Position numbers and translations under genes: made by a program. Shown piece by piece: positions 22,573 through 35,000 of a stretch of DNA of 64,000 bases (position 1 is the first letter of the stretch; each line of letters opens with the position of its first letter). The stretch comes from a virus (Duplodnaviria > Heunggongvirae > Uroviricota > Caudoviricetes). The DNA is taken from positions 34,993-98,992 of IMG/VR virus record IMGVR_UViG_3300035520_000484. One strand, 5' to 3'. A model generated the notes under the pieces. The model made no database searches. It was not told the origin of the DNA and saw only the letters and a list, made by a program, of their open reading frames with translations.

Positions 22573-25002
22573 ATGGATAGTTATTATGACTATTTGAAAA
22601 GAGGAGGAACAAAGAGTAAAGATGATCCAAGTTGGCAATCTGAATATGCTTAGATGCTTACTTAGATAAATACTTCTCAATCTGTAAATTTTCAATCAAA
22701 TTTAGGTTTTGGAAATAGCGCAGGTCAATTTCCAGTTTTTAATAATACAGGAACTTCAAACGAATAGAATACTACATAGGATAACAATACAGTAGCAAAG
22801 GTAGCTGGAGAAGCTGCCGCTGCTGCTGTACAAAGTACTTAGTAGTCATCTATACCTTAGTATGCACAAGGTATAATAAATTATGCAAATAATAATGTAG
22901 ATTGGTCAAAAATACCAGATGTTTCTAAAAATGGTAGTGCTGTTGGTACTAATTTACCTGTTACAAAAGATAATGAAGAAGATGATATTCCTTTATTTAC
23001 TCAAAAAGAGATTGATGAGGAGAGTAAAAGAATAGACTAGCAGAATTCTACTCCATCTCCTAAACTTGCAAAAAACAGTCCTTCTGATAGTTCTAATGAT
23101 GATATAGAAGATGCAGATGATGGAGCTAACATCAGAAAATCACCGAAGTTAGGAGAAAAATTTGAAAATTCTACATTTGGTAAAAATTTTGGTAGTTGGT
23201 CGTCTGGATTAAGCATAGCAAATAATCTAATTGGTTAGCGCCCTGAAATGAATGGACCTAATGCAGGTCTTTCTCAAGGTATTCAACAAGGATGGGATTC
23301 TGCTTCCGATGCATTAGCTCAAGCTGGACCTTATGGTCAAATGGCTTCATTAGCAATGAAAGCTGCTAGCTTAGGTAACAATATAGCAGGCAAAATAGGT
23401 GGTGGGACTGATGGAATGACCACTACAGATAGTATTTTAGGTTCTCCTTTAGGTTTCATTACTGGTGTAGGACTTGTTAATGGTTTTGGTGGTGCTAAAG
23501 CTGATACTATTACAAAGGATGAAGAAGCTTTCTCTACTGTTGGTGCATCTTATGGTGGTACTGGGGATGCTGTTGATGAGGCTCTAAAAAAATCAGGAAA
23601 AAAATATGGGTTTTTTAGTAGTGGTGCTAGAAAAGAAGCTAATAAATAGATTTTTGAAGCTAAAAGGCAACAATCTATTATGGCGGATATTTCTTCAGAA
23701 GCTCAAGATAGATCTGCTATACAATCTTCTATGTCTGCTATTAATCAAAATAGAAGATTACTCCAACTTCAGGGTGGCTATAATTAGTCAGCTATTAGAG
23801 CTGCAAGACATGGTGTTAAAGTAAAAACTATTCTTGATAAATACTATGAAAAATAGAAATAGGAGGAAGAAGCTAAGCAACCCTAGAAACCATCTTTTGA
23901 AGAATGGTTTAATAGTTTAAAACCCGATTATCGTGACCCTGCTTATGATTATCGAAGAGCTTGGGAATAGTTTGATACTGATTTATTATTAAGACATGCT
24001 GCTGATCCAGATAATAATCATTTAGGTTCTATTTATAATACTGCTAATGAACTTGGAGAAATACCTTTCTTAAAACTAGGGACTGTTGAAGAAAATCCTG
24101 AAATTAAACCAGAATTTGAATGGTATTATAGTGATGCTGGAGCTGAATGGAGAGATCGTTATGATATTGAATATAGAGGGGATAGATACTATTATGTACC
24201 TAAAAAAGTTACAAGTGTTATTGAAGAATTAGTTCCTCCTTCTATATTAGAAGAATTAGCACTTCCTTCATCTATTACAGAATTAGAAGTACCTGATATT
24301 ATTGAACTTAATCCTGATGATGAAGATTTAGAGTATACTCCAGAAAATCCTGAAAAAATTATTAAATTTGTAAATAAGCATAAAAAGGTTAACTTTGTAC
24401 AAAGATTAAAAGATATATTTAGAGAAACTATTTCTAATTGGGAAGATAATTCTCAAGTAGCTACTCATAAATTAGCTTGGGCAGAAGATAGAGGTAAAAT
24501 CAAAGTATTTCCAATGGTATAGGAAATTGACGGAGAATTACATGATTTTACAGATCCTTAGTATAAACACGGAAAATGGGATGCTCTAGAATCTGCAGAA
24601 AAGAATCATGATGTAATTATATTCGATAATGCAGATGATGCAGATTGGTTTACTAAAAATTATAAAGAATTTTATCCTACTTTTGATAAATATAGAGAAG
24701 GAGGTAAATTTAATGTAATTCCTGAAGGAGCCTTGCATGCTAGATTACATCATATGGAAAATGACGAAGATATAACTAAAAAAGGAATACCTGTAGTTGT
24801 TGAGACTTCTGATGGCAAACTATCACAACAAGCAGAAATAGAACGTAATGAAGTAATATTCAGATTATCAGTTACTAAATAGCTTGAGGAACTAGCAAAC
24901 GATGGCTCTGATGCTTCTGCTATTGAAGCAGGTAAATTATTAGTAAAAGAATTATTATACAATACAATAGATAATACTGGTTTAATTAACGAAATTATGT
25001 AA
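22573..25002 (+). CDS. Probable internal virion (cargo/ejection) protein (809 aa, code 15)
   Basis: Read in full with only TAG interruptions, including tandem TAG TAG at 22840-22845; Gly/Ala-rich hydrophobic segment; C-terminal GGKFNVIPEGALHAR...KGIPVV...QQAEIERNE...AIEAGKLL domain. Confidence 0.75.
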
Positions 25003-25004
25003 AA

Positions 25005-26177
25005 ATGGGAGTACAAATAATAGAGATTCCACAAGGTTCAGGATAGTATTTTACAAAATATGATGATGGATATATAGAACCTCTTAATCTTTCAGGACGT
25101 TCTTTATTAAGTAATAGGGATTTAGGATTTACTGCAGGAGACTCAATGCCTATTGAAGTAAACAGAAGTTTTGTAGGAGCTAATACAGGCAGACCTGTAG
25201 CTATAACAGTAACACCTAATGGAGGTACAATTACTTATGATGATTGGGCACAATCTAATCCAGCTGATGCTATATAGACAGAGCGAAATAAGCAATTAGC
25301 GAGAGAAAGACTAAGAGTAAGTAATCTAATTGATAATGAAACAAGTCAGTTTAACGAAGCAGCAATAACTGCACTATTAGCATCATTAGGAGGTGTAGGA
25401 GGTAGAACACTTTAGACAGCTGGTGCTGTTTCACGAGAATTACCTGCACTATTAGCATCATTAGGATTAACAGGAGCAGCAGGATATGGTGCTTATCAAT
25501 AGGGTAAATCTATGTTTTATCCTGGAGATGCTATTTATTTAGCAGATACAGCACCTGCTACTGCAGCACCCAATGATCCTACATCAACAGCTGGAGGTGC
25601 AGCTCCTACAACCCCACCACCTACTGGTACACCTGCTCCTGCAGGTTCAACAACTGCAGCACCACCTACTGGTACACCTGCTCCTGCTCCTGATAATAAA
25701 CCTGAGGATAAAAAGCCTGAAAAACCTAAAGGTCGTTTAAGACGATTACTTGATGCGTGGAAAAAACCAACTGAAGAAACAGCAGAATTACATGCTTCAC
25801 CTGTAAAAAAACATTTTAGCTTCAAGCCATGGAAATCTGATTATCCGTTAACTACCCTAGGTGTAGATGGGTTAATATTTAATAATATCGTATGGCCTGT
25901 AGGAGAAGCAATACATGATGTAAATACTGGCCAAAAAGGTGGTTATAAAACATTTCTTGATAGAACATGGGGACATGATATTGGAGATGTGCTTGATTCA
26001 CTTTTTTATGACCTATATAAAAAGAATAATACTAATGATACTAATGACAACAAAGAAGAAGTAGATACAGTAAAGGCAGAACAAAATGATAACTATTATT
26101 CCCCAGGTCCGACAACTACGGTAGATAGTTTGCGGACTGGAGATATACAAACTGCAGATGAACTTTTTAGTTAGTAA
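25005..26177 (+). CDS. Probable cargo protein with Pro/Ala/Thr-rich linker (390 aa, code 15)
   Basis: ATG 25005 is in frame with track ORF 25512; ends AGT TAG TAA. Confidence 0.7.
25369..25466 (+). repeat. 23-bp direct repeat CTGCACTATTAGCATCATTAGGA (ALLASLG x2)
   Basis: Copies at 25369-25391 and 25444-25466. Confidence 0.8.
25615..25687 (+). repeat. 28-bp direct repeat encoding PPTGTPAPA x2
   Basis: CACCACCTACTGGTACACCTGCTCCTGC at 25615-25642 and 25660-25687. Confidence 0.85.
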
Positions 26178-26179
26178 TA

Positions 26180-26758
26180 ATGTTAGAAAGTAATATTACC
26201 ATACATGGTAAACAATATAAAGTAACTGAAATATATTCTACAAAAGAAAAAGAAAAAGGATTAATGAATAGAACTTCATTACCTGAAAATGAAGGTATGT
26301 TATTTTGTTATGATCCTCCCGAAGATGTTTCTTTTTGGATGAAAAATACTCTTATTCCTCTTGATATTGTTTTTATTAATGAAGACTAGGAAGTTATTTC
26401 AGTTGCTAAAGGAGTTCCTAATTCTAGAAAACCTATCTCCGAATCTCAAGTATCTTATGTCTTAGAAGTAAATACTAATTCTGGAATAAAAAGAGGTGAT
26501 GAATTAGAGTTTGAGGATGATTCTGCTCCAGAAATGAAAGTATTAGCTCCTGATGGTACTACATAGTATACATTAGCAGGAGGAGAACGTATATTCTCAC
26601 GAAAAAATACAAAAATTTTAATTAAGAAAGCAAAAAAAGCAGATTTATCACAAGATGATAGAGATTATAAAGCTTTGGGTAAGTATATGTTTAAATGTAT
26701 TAGAATTTAGGATAATAGAGATCCTGAATATGTATCTTTACCTGAATCAAAAGAGTGA
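26180..26758 (+). CDS. DUF192 (UPF0127) domain protein with C-terminal extension (192 aa, code 15)
   Basis: [18 protein letters not shown]...[21 protein letters not shown]...YVLEVN is the DUF192 signature; continues through TAGs to TGA 26756. Confidence 0.85.
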
Positions 26759-26797
26759 TTGATATTTAATTTATATACTTATTATATAATCTAATAT

Positions 26798-26829
26798 TTT
26801 GTATAAGTTAGTATAAAATCCTAAATTTG
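26798..26829 (+). promoter_or_regulatory. Bacteroidota sigma-A-type promoter
   Basis: TTTG (26798-26801), 20-nt spacer, TAAATTTG (26822-26829), 34 nt upstream of ATG 26864. Confidence 0.75.
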
Positions 26830-26863
26830 CTATTATTAATAATAATTATAATTTAATTAAGTT

Positions 26864-27166
26864 ATGAAATTTATACCTAGAAAATTCCAACAAGGTGGAG
26901 AAATGACAGCTGAAGGGGCTCCCGAAGAAGCTGCAGCTCCTGAAGCACAAGCAGCTCCTGAAGAAGGCGGAGCAGAACAAGATCCTATGGCAGCTATTGC
27001 ATAGGGTGCAATGCAAGCATTACAGAATCAAGATTGTCAAACAGCTCTTCAAGTATGTCAGGCATTAGTTCAATTGATGCAACAAGCTCAAGGTGGGCAA
27101 CCTGCAGAACAAGGAGAACCTGTCTATCGTAGAGGAGGTATCCTAGTTAGAAGAATTAGAAAATAA
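26864..27166 (+). CDS. Small Ala/Gln/Glu-rich protein (100 aa, code 15; absent from ORF track)
   Basis: MKFIPRKFQQGG...DPMAAIA*GAMQALQNQDCQTALQVCQAL...PVYRRGGILVRRIRK-TAA; has its own promoter and terminator. Confidence 0.8.
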
Positions 27167-27181
27167 TTATTAAATCTAGAT

Positions 27182-27212
27182 GGGGTATATATTAATTTAT
27201 ATACCCCTTTTT
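27182..27212 (+). terminator. Rho-independent terminator
   Basis: GGGGTATATA-TTAATT-TATATACCCC followed by TTTTT. Confidence 0.8.
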
Positions 27213-27218
27213 AATTAT

Positions 27219-30167
27219 ATGGCAGACGAAATTACAACAACCACTGAACCTCAAGAAACTGCAACTGTAGAAAAACCTAAAACCTATAAAAGAGGAGAAT
27301 AGGAAGTATCTCTTAGTACATACTTAGACAGCGCAGATTTAGGTTTTGCAAATTGGTTACAACATACACGCTTTAAAGATAAAGAAAAGAGAGCAGTACA
27401 AGAAGCTTTCGGTCAATTAATGTAGGGAATTAAAGATGGAACATTAACATATACTATAGGTGGAGGATTTAGAGATACAAGTTCTCACCAATATACTAAT
27501 GCAAAAAAAGGTTTCGATGCATATGGATATGCTGCAGGTTATTTAGGTAATATTCTAAGAAATCAAGAAGTTTATAAAGAACCTGTTGATACTTCTAAAA
27601 TATCATATTCAGGAATTGACACTATTGCTGACTGGCTTACTGATAAAATGTCAGGCGGTGTGAATGATGATGATTCATGGCAACAAGATTGGATTGATCT
27701 AGATACTCCTGGTGATAATTTCAGAACAAATGCTGTAAGAACTAAAAGATTACAAGGTTATTTACAAACACTTCATGATAATTGGGATAATTTATTTACT
27801 GGATTTGAACCTGCTAAAAAGAAAGAATGGGAGGATTTATATGCTAGTGCTATGGATCCTGAAACTGGGATATTTAAAGATAATCAAATTTCAGACGATG
27901 AATATTTAACTCTTCGAGCTTTAACTGGGTTAAATCTTAGAGATTTAATGAGTACCACATATACTAAACCTACAGATAATCAAGCAGCTTAGGCTACTCC
28001 TGCAGCAGCAACCGCTGCTAATGAAGATGGTACTGTTGCTCTTCCTGATATAACTAGTGATGAAGTTCAAAATTATCTTAAGACTACATATCCTAGAGAT
28101 ACCAATTATATAGAGTAGAGTATGAATGTTAATGATACTGCAAAATATGGAAGTTGGACTCTAGAATAGATAACTAATAGAATTAATGCATGTGAAAATA
28201 AAACTTTAGCAAAAGGAGTATTATAGTATTCAAGAACACCTCATAAAGTTTAGTACGCATATGCAAAGCCTTTTCAAGTTCTTGTTAATGGTGTTCCTAT
28301 ACCTTATAATAATGCAAAATTTATTGAATTAGTTCTAGATACTCTTTTAAAAAGAAATTATTTAATTCCATGTAGTGATAATAATGAGGAAGAATACATA
28401 GTTCCTAATTCAATTGATACTAAAAATACAGCACTTGTTTGGAATAAAAATACAAAAAGACTAATTAGACGACATATTTTAGATATTCCTTATCTAAAAC
28501 AAAAAGCTTATAATAACTATTTAACAAAAAAAGTACCAACCCATAAACAAGGTGGTGTAATTAAATTTGAGCCAGGTGGTAAGACTGATATTTGGGAAGC
28601 TGTTAGTTATGATGATGATGCCTTAAAAAAGAAAAATCGTTATAGATGGACTTGGCAAAATGGAAAATTAGGTTTGGTAAAACGTAATACATTAATGTCT
28701 ACTGATAAAATTGCTCCAAAAAATGGTGCATATGATCCAGAACTTGATGATGTTAATGGTGTTAAAACTGATTTAGGAAAACAAATTGAAGCCTTACCTT
28801 CCTATAATAAGTTTATGGGTTTAGTTGAGAGTAATGAAAATTTAGGAAAAGCATGGGTTAAAGGATATGGTCATTATAATACTACTGATACTAAACATAT
28901 GACTAGATTTACAAATGCTTAGGGAGAATATGATCAAGCTAAGTTTAAATCTAATCGAGCAAAATATACAAGTGATGGTATTAATGGTACTGGACACGAT
29001 GTTATTAAAGGCAAAACATATCGAATAGAGGGTGAAAATGGTACTTACTATAGTGCCCCTCTTGAAGGTTATGATATTGTAGGTGATCCTGAATCTGCAG
29101 AAGATGGACTTATTGATATTTATACTTTAAGAAAGAAAGCTGCAGAAACAACTCCCACAACTAGTACTCAGGCTACTCCTGAAACAACTCCTGAAGGTAC
29201 CGCCGAAGCAGATAAGTCTGTAAGTACTCCTGCAGGCACTCCTGCAGGTACTGGATCCAAATCAAATGCGAAAGGATCTGATCTTTACGAAAGATATTTG
29301 AAAACATTACAAAATCCTGAACCAAAAAGTAATAAATGGAATAGTTGGTTACTTAATTCTTTAGGAGCAGGTAGATTAGGATTATCTCTTTGGTCTAATA
29401 ATAAAATTACTGATGTAGTTGACAAATCTTTAAAAGCAGTTTTAAAGAATCCTTTTGAAAAATATAGTCCAGTTACTGGAGATTTTGGAGGAATGTAGTT
29501 TAAAAATAAGCAAGCTGCTGATGTAATGCATTTGGCTTCACGACCTGTAACTTCTGATGCTACACAATAGTATGCTCAAATGTTAAACGGTCTTGAAAAA
29601 GGTAATCAATTACGTACTGAAGGTTGGTTATCGGATAATCAGAAGATTGCTACTACTATGAAAGAAGCTCTTCAACGTGCTGAAGATAATCTTAAATTGC
29701 GCTCAGAAGTTGCAGACTTTAACAGACAATCTATCAATACTACAAATAGAGAAAAAGCACAATTAGAGGCTACAAGACTTAAATCTAATTGGAGTTCTTG
29801 GGATGAATTTCTTAAAGGTATTGAATCTGACTGGAAAACTAAAATTGATGAAAATAATCAATTTAGTAAGCAATTCCAAGTTAAGGTAGGAACTGATGCG
29901 GCTCAAAAATGGTATTCTCAAGTTATGTCTAAATTAGAAGCCGATAAGAAAGCATGGGAAGCTGATACAAAAAATGACGGAAAAGATTATTATGATAATA
30001 ATCCAGCATCAAAGCTATTCTCAACATTAGCTAATTATCGTTATAAAGCAATGATAAATGAACTTATGGCAAAAGCATATAATCAGTCTTATTAGAATCC
30101 ATATACTTAGGCGGATTATGATACTTTTGACTTTAGTAATAGAATGAATTATACTATAAATGATTAA
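27219..30167 (+). CDS. Probable cargo/ejection protein (982 aa, code 15)
   Basis: Track ORFs 27648, 28674, 29298 and 29580 share this frame; gaps read contain only TAG; overlaps the next start. Confidence 0.75.
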
Positions 30168-32058
30168 AATACCAAAATTTGAAAGTGGTGGTTTTGCATC
30201 ACTATTTACATTATATAAACCTGTTGAATGGTAGAGATCAACTTCTAAGGGGACTACAGAGTCCTCTTAGAAGTCATCTAGCGATGACGATGATACAAAA
30301 GGAAAATTAACTGAGAAAGATTTATTTTAGCTAATAAAAGATATGGATGGACTTCCAAATGATATGAATCAAATAACTGCAAGTTTATTAAGTGTTCTTA
30401 ATGATGCTCAAGTAACTGGTATAGATGGAATAACTGATTTATCTACAACTTATGTAAAAATATTAAACAAGCTTAAAAATGCTAAGTTTAATAAAGAAGA
30501 ATATAAAAATGCTTATGATAGAGCAAAAGATAATAAGAGTTTAAATGACGTTGCTATTTCAGAAACAGGTAAAGTATATGTATTAGACTCTAAAAATCAA
30601 TTAAAGACTATTACACCCGAACAATATTATAATATAAAAAGTGGAAATAGTCATATGAAAGTTACTCCATTAACTAATGGTAACTTATTATGGCTACGTT
30701 CTAATTCTCCTAAATTCACTAATGATAATACAATATTACAAATAGTTACAAATGGTATAGGACTGGAAAAAGTAACTGAATTAATTAGAAATGCTGTAAC
30801 TGGATTTAAACTTTCTCAAGAAACGTCTATTGATCATCTCGAATATAGAGATGGATCTAAAAAGAAGAAAACAGAATAGGGTTTACAAATATTAGAAAGT
30901 TTAGCTCATGACGGCCCTGAAGGTTATTATAAATTATTGGAAGAAAAGAAAGGCCCTAATGGAGATGCTATTAATGCTGCTTTAAGCTATATATATACAA
31001 CATTACCTCAAAATGCTAAAACGAGATTAAAAATTGAAGCAGGTGGTAAAGAAAGTGGAATATTGAATTTACTTTAGACCATGTTATATGCTCAAACAGA
31101 TAATTCTACTAAATATACAGTTGACTACAAAGGAACAGAAAAAGCTCTTCTTAAAGAAACAGGAAGTACTTCTGGCGATGATGATATTGAAAAAGTTAAA
31201 TCAACTGTTCCTATGCAATTCTTTCAAGGTTAGGGTAGTGTAGAAGTACATCAATTTATGGTAGGTAATGAACTTACTACAACATGGGGTATAGAAAAAC
31301 CATTTACTGGAAGTGATAATCATAGTTTAGGATCTAATATCACCCTTAATGAAGCAGTTAGCGGAAACTGGAGATAGATGTTAGATATTAGTAAAGCAAC
31401 TATTGGCGGACACCCATTACCTCTTTCACAATTTAATTCAACTTTAGTTCCTTCAGGTTCTGCAGTTAGAATTGATTTCCCTGTCGATGAAAAAGGGAAT
31501 CCTGATTTATCTCCTAAAACTATAGCAGCTAAAAAAGCATTTGATAAGGATATTGCAGAATTAGGAATTAATCTTAATAATCCAGCAGAAGTTAAGCAAA
31601 ATCTTAATAAAATTGAATCCCTTCTTCGTAAACATAAATTACCTTCTGCATATGATTCAAATGGCAATATAATTGGTAAAAATTGGAAAACCTTTGCAGT
31701 TTGTACAGTTCAAACTTATTTACATGATTTAAATTAGAATGAAATGAACGCAACTGGACTCAGAGATATTACTGATCACAAGGAAATTGAAAGATTTGTA
31801 GAAAATCTTAAAGCTGCTAAAGGTGATGATATTGGTAAATTTGACTTTAATGGTTTTGAAGGCATGATTCCAAGCTATTTTAGTTGGGATCATGTTGCTG
31901 AAGGAACTGTATTTATTCCTCTAAAGGATAATATAATTGATGCTACATTAGGTACAGGTTTGAATATGGTATAGGCACATCAATTAGATACAGATTCTAA
32001 GAAAGTTGATAGAGCGTCAAATATGAATTATACAAATCCTAATTCACTAGAACAATAA
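30160..32058 (+). CDS. Probable cargo/ejection protein (632 aa, code 15)
   Basis: MIKIPKFESGG start; track ORFs 30343, 31378 and 31744 share this frame. Confidence 0.75.
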
Positions 32059-32066
32059 TATAAAAT

Positions 32067-35000
32067 ATGGCACAAGAAACTAATGATTTAGTATTAAATC
32101 TAGCAGTAAATAAAGATATGTCACTAAGTGACTATCAGTTAATTGGATTTAACTCAGATAATACCTCTATAAAAGATATAGATTCTTATAGAGATAATAA
32201 AATTATTAAAGATAAATTTACTAATGAAGCTGGAAACTTTGATGAAGCTGGCTTTAGAAAGTTATATAATACTGCAATTCTATATTCTAATGCTATGGAT
32301 AGTAAAGAATATAGAACAAAAGATTTAACAGCATTATCTTTATCTTATGATGAAAAGAATGCATTAGCTCCTATGAATCAGAGAAAATTTACTCCTGATT
32401 TCACAAGAATTATTGTTTCTAATCCTGATTAGATTACTACTGGTTTAGGAGGACTTGATTATACTAGTGATCCCCTTCTTTCACAAGAGGAAATTGCTCA
32501 GGGTAATTAGGTTCTTCTTAACCCTGTTGCATATGATAAGGGAGCTGCTCCTAAGTGGGGTAAAAATCCTCATGATGGATTTTTTGATTATTTTACTGAT
32601 ACTTTAGTATTAGCTACTTATAATGAAGAAGGTGACCATAGAGATCCAGTTACTGGAGAAATGGTTCACCATAAAAAAGGCGATCGTAAATTAAATGATG
32701 AAGGATCTTATTATTATGAAGTTTTAGATGGACGTAGTATTTATGATAAAGTAGTTTTAAATAAAATGAATGTTCTCACTACGGAAGGAAACTGGGCAAA
32801 TGACTTAGATTTCTTTGATAGTGATGATATGAAAAAAAGCGCTGGTGGTGCTGTAATGAAAGAATTAGCTTTAGTAGGTACTATGTTTATCCCATATATT
32901 GGTCCCTGGGTTAGAGGATTAAGTGTTGCTACTCAATCTGCCGGACTATTGGCTACCTTAGCTAAAATGGCTACTTTTGATAGTGATAATCCTACATTAT
33001 CAGCTATTGAAGGATGGTCAAAATCAGTAAGTCGTTCTAGTAATGTTTCTCAATATGCACAATAGAATGTATGGTGCTTAGAAAATTGGATTCATATGAT
33101 TGGGGATGTTGCAGGATAGTTAGCAGAACAACGATTCATATTTGAAAAAGTACCTGCAGTATTTAAGGGAGAATTAATGTATGGTAAAAATGCTAAATCT
33201 ACTAAATTATTATAGGATGCTAAATTACAAAAGTATCTTGACGAAGAATAGCTTATAGCTAATACCAGAGGGGAAGCTTTAATAAAAAATGCAACTGGAA
33301 AAGATCTAGGTAATGCTATTAAAGCACAAGCTGAATTAAAAGCAAGTGCTACTATGAAAGCACAAATGGATTTAAATTCCTTTATTAAAGATTATAATAA
33401 AATAGGTGAAATTTTAAGTAAAGGATATATGACTGCTGTTACCGTGGGTGATACTTATGGTGAAGCTATTAATGCTGGTGCTTCAGATATAGATGCAACA
33501 TTACTTACTCTTGGTTATGCTATAGGTGAATATAAAATCTTAAGTACAGGTATTGGTGAATGGATTATGCCTGAAAAGAGAGCTGAAAATACAGCCACAA
33601 CTCAAGCTTTAAAAACGTTATTTAAAGATTCTGTTGAAAAAACTGCTGGAAAAGAAGCAACTGCTATAACTTCTAAAGTAGGTAAAATGCAACGTGTTAA
33701 AGATATGCTTAAAAAAGGAGAAGAAATTGCATATACTATTTACGATAGAAATAAGAAAAATATTAGCAAAATTGCTAAGCAATCTTTAGTACATGGTTTA
33801 GGTGAAGGTGTTGAAGAAGTTTCAGAAGAAGTATTAGCTGATTTCTCTAAAGGCTGTTATGATGTATTTAATTGGCTACGTGGAAATGATGTCAGATTAA
33901 ATTCTTTTGGGTTTAGTTGGGAAGACGGAAAGCGTTCTTGGAATTTTCAAGATATTAGAGACCGCTACGGTATGTCATTTGTAGGAGGTCTTGTTGGTGG
34001 TGGTTTAACTAGTGCAGGCACTTCCTTCTATAATGGAACTCCTGAAATTAAAACCACTAGACAAGCTATGGAACAATTAGTTTATCGTCTTAGAGAAGAT
34101 GGTAATTTCGATAAAGTAAGAAAACTTATTGAAAAAACACCTTTGGGAGATAAGAATTTATCTACTCAAATGTATACAGACGAAGATGGAATGAGAACTT
34201 TTAAGAAAGGAACTGCAGAAGATAATCAAGACCGTGCTGCTAAAATGATGGCTAATCGTTTATTAGATACTATTGAAGATGTTATAAATGCACATGGTTC
34301 TTCCTTAAGAGATGGTTCTTTTCTTGATACTCAAACCTTAAATGATTTACGTTTTAATCTTTTTCAAAATACTGTAACTGCTTCTAGAGCTATATAGAGA
34401 TACAATTCTTTAAATACTGAATTAGTTGTAACTCAATAGAATATTAATCTACTTTTAGAAAAAGCTAAGGATCTTAATAAGGATGGAAATGTAAATGATT
34501 ATGAAGCACGAAAGGCACGTTTAAGTGAGACTGAAAAGAAAACTTTACAAGAATATGAAAACCATTTAAAAGAAACTTAGCAAGAATTATAGGATTTAGT
34601 TGAAGGAAAGTATTCATTAGATTTTATTGCACAATCTTTATTGGAATTATCTCCTGATGTTTATACTGGTTTTGCACCACAATTATCTTTTCAATTATAT
34701 GTTAAAAATAAATATCATAAGAAATTTGAAGAATTAAACGAGCATTAGCAATAGCAATCATAGAAGGAATGGGAGGAATATAAGAAATATGTTCTTAAAG
34801 ATTAGATTCCAATTATGACTTCTGTTTTTATGGATGCTCTTAAGCAACTTCAACCTATTCTTAAAAAGCAAATAGAAACTCATGAGAAATCAGAAGAATA
34901 GGCTTAGAATTTTACTGATATTATAACATCATCTTTTACCTTAGAATCTAATCCTACTGATACATTAGCTACAATGTATAATATAGGTCATGAATTAGGA

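Noticed and set aside
25369-25687. Direct repeats as a CRISPR array or DGR template/variable pair
   Set aside because: Only two copies each, in frame within a gene, no adenine-specific divergence, and no cas or reverse transcriptase gene in the window.
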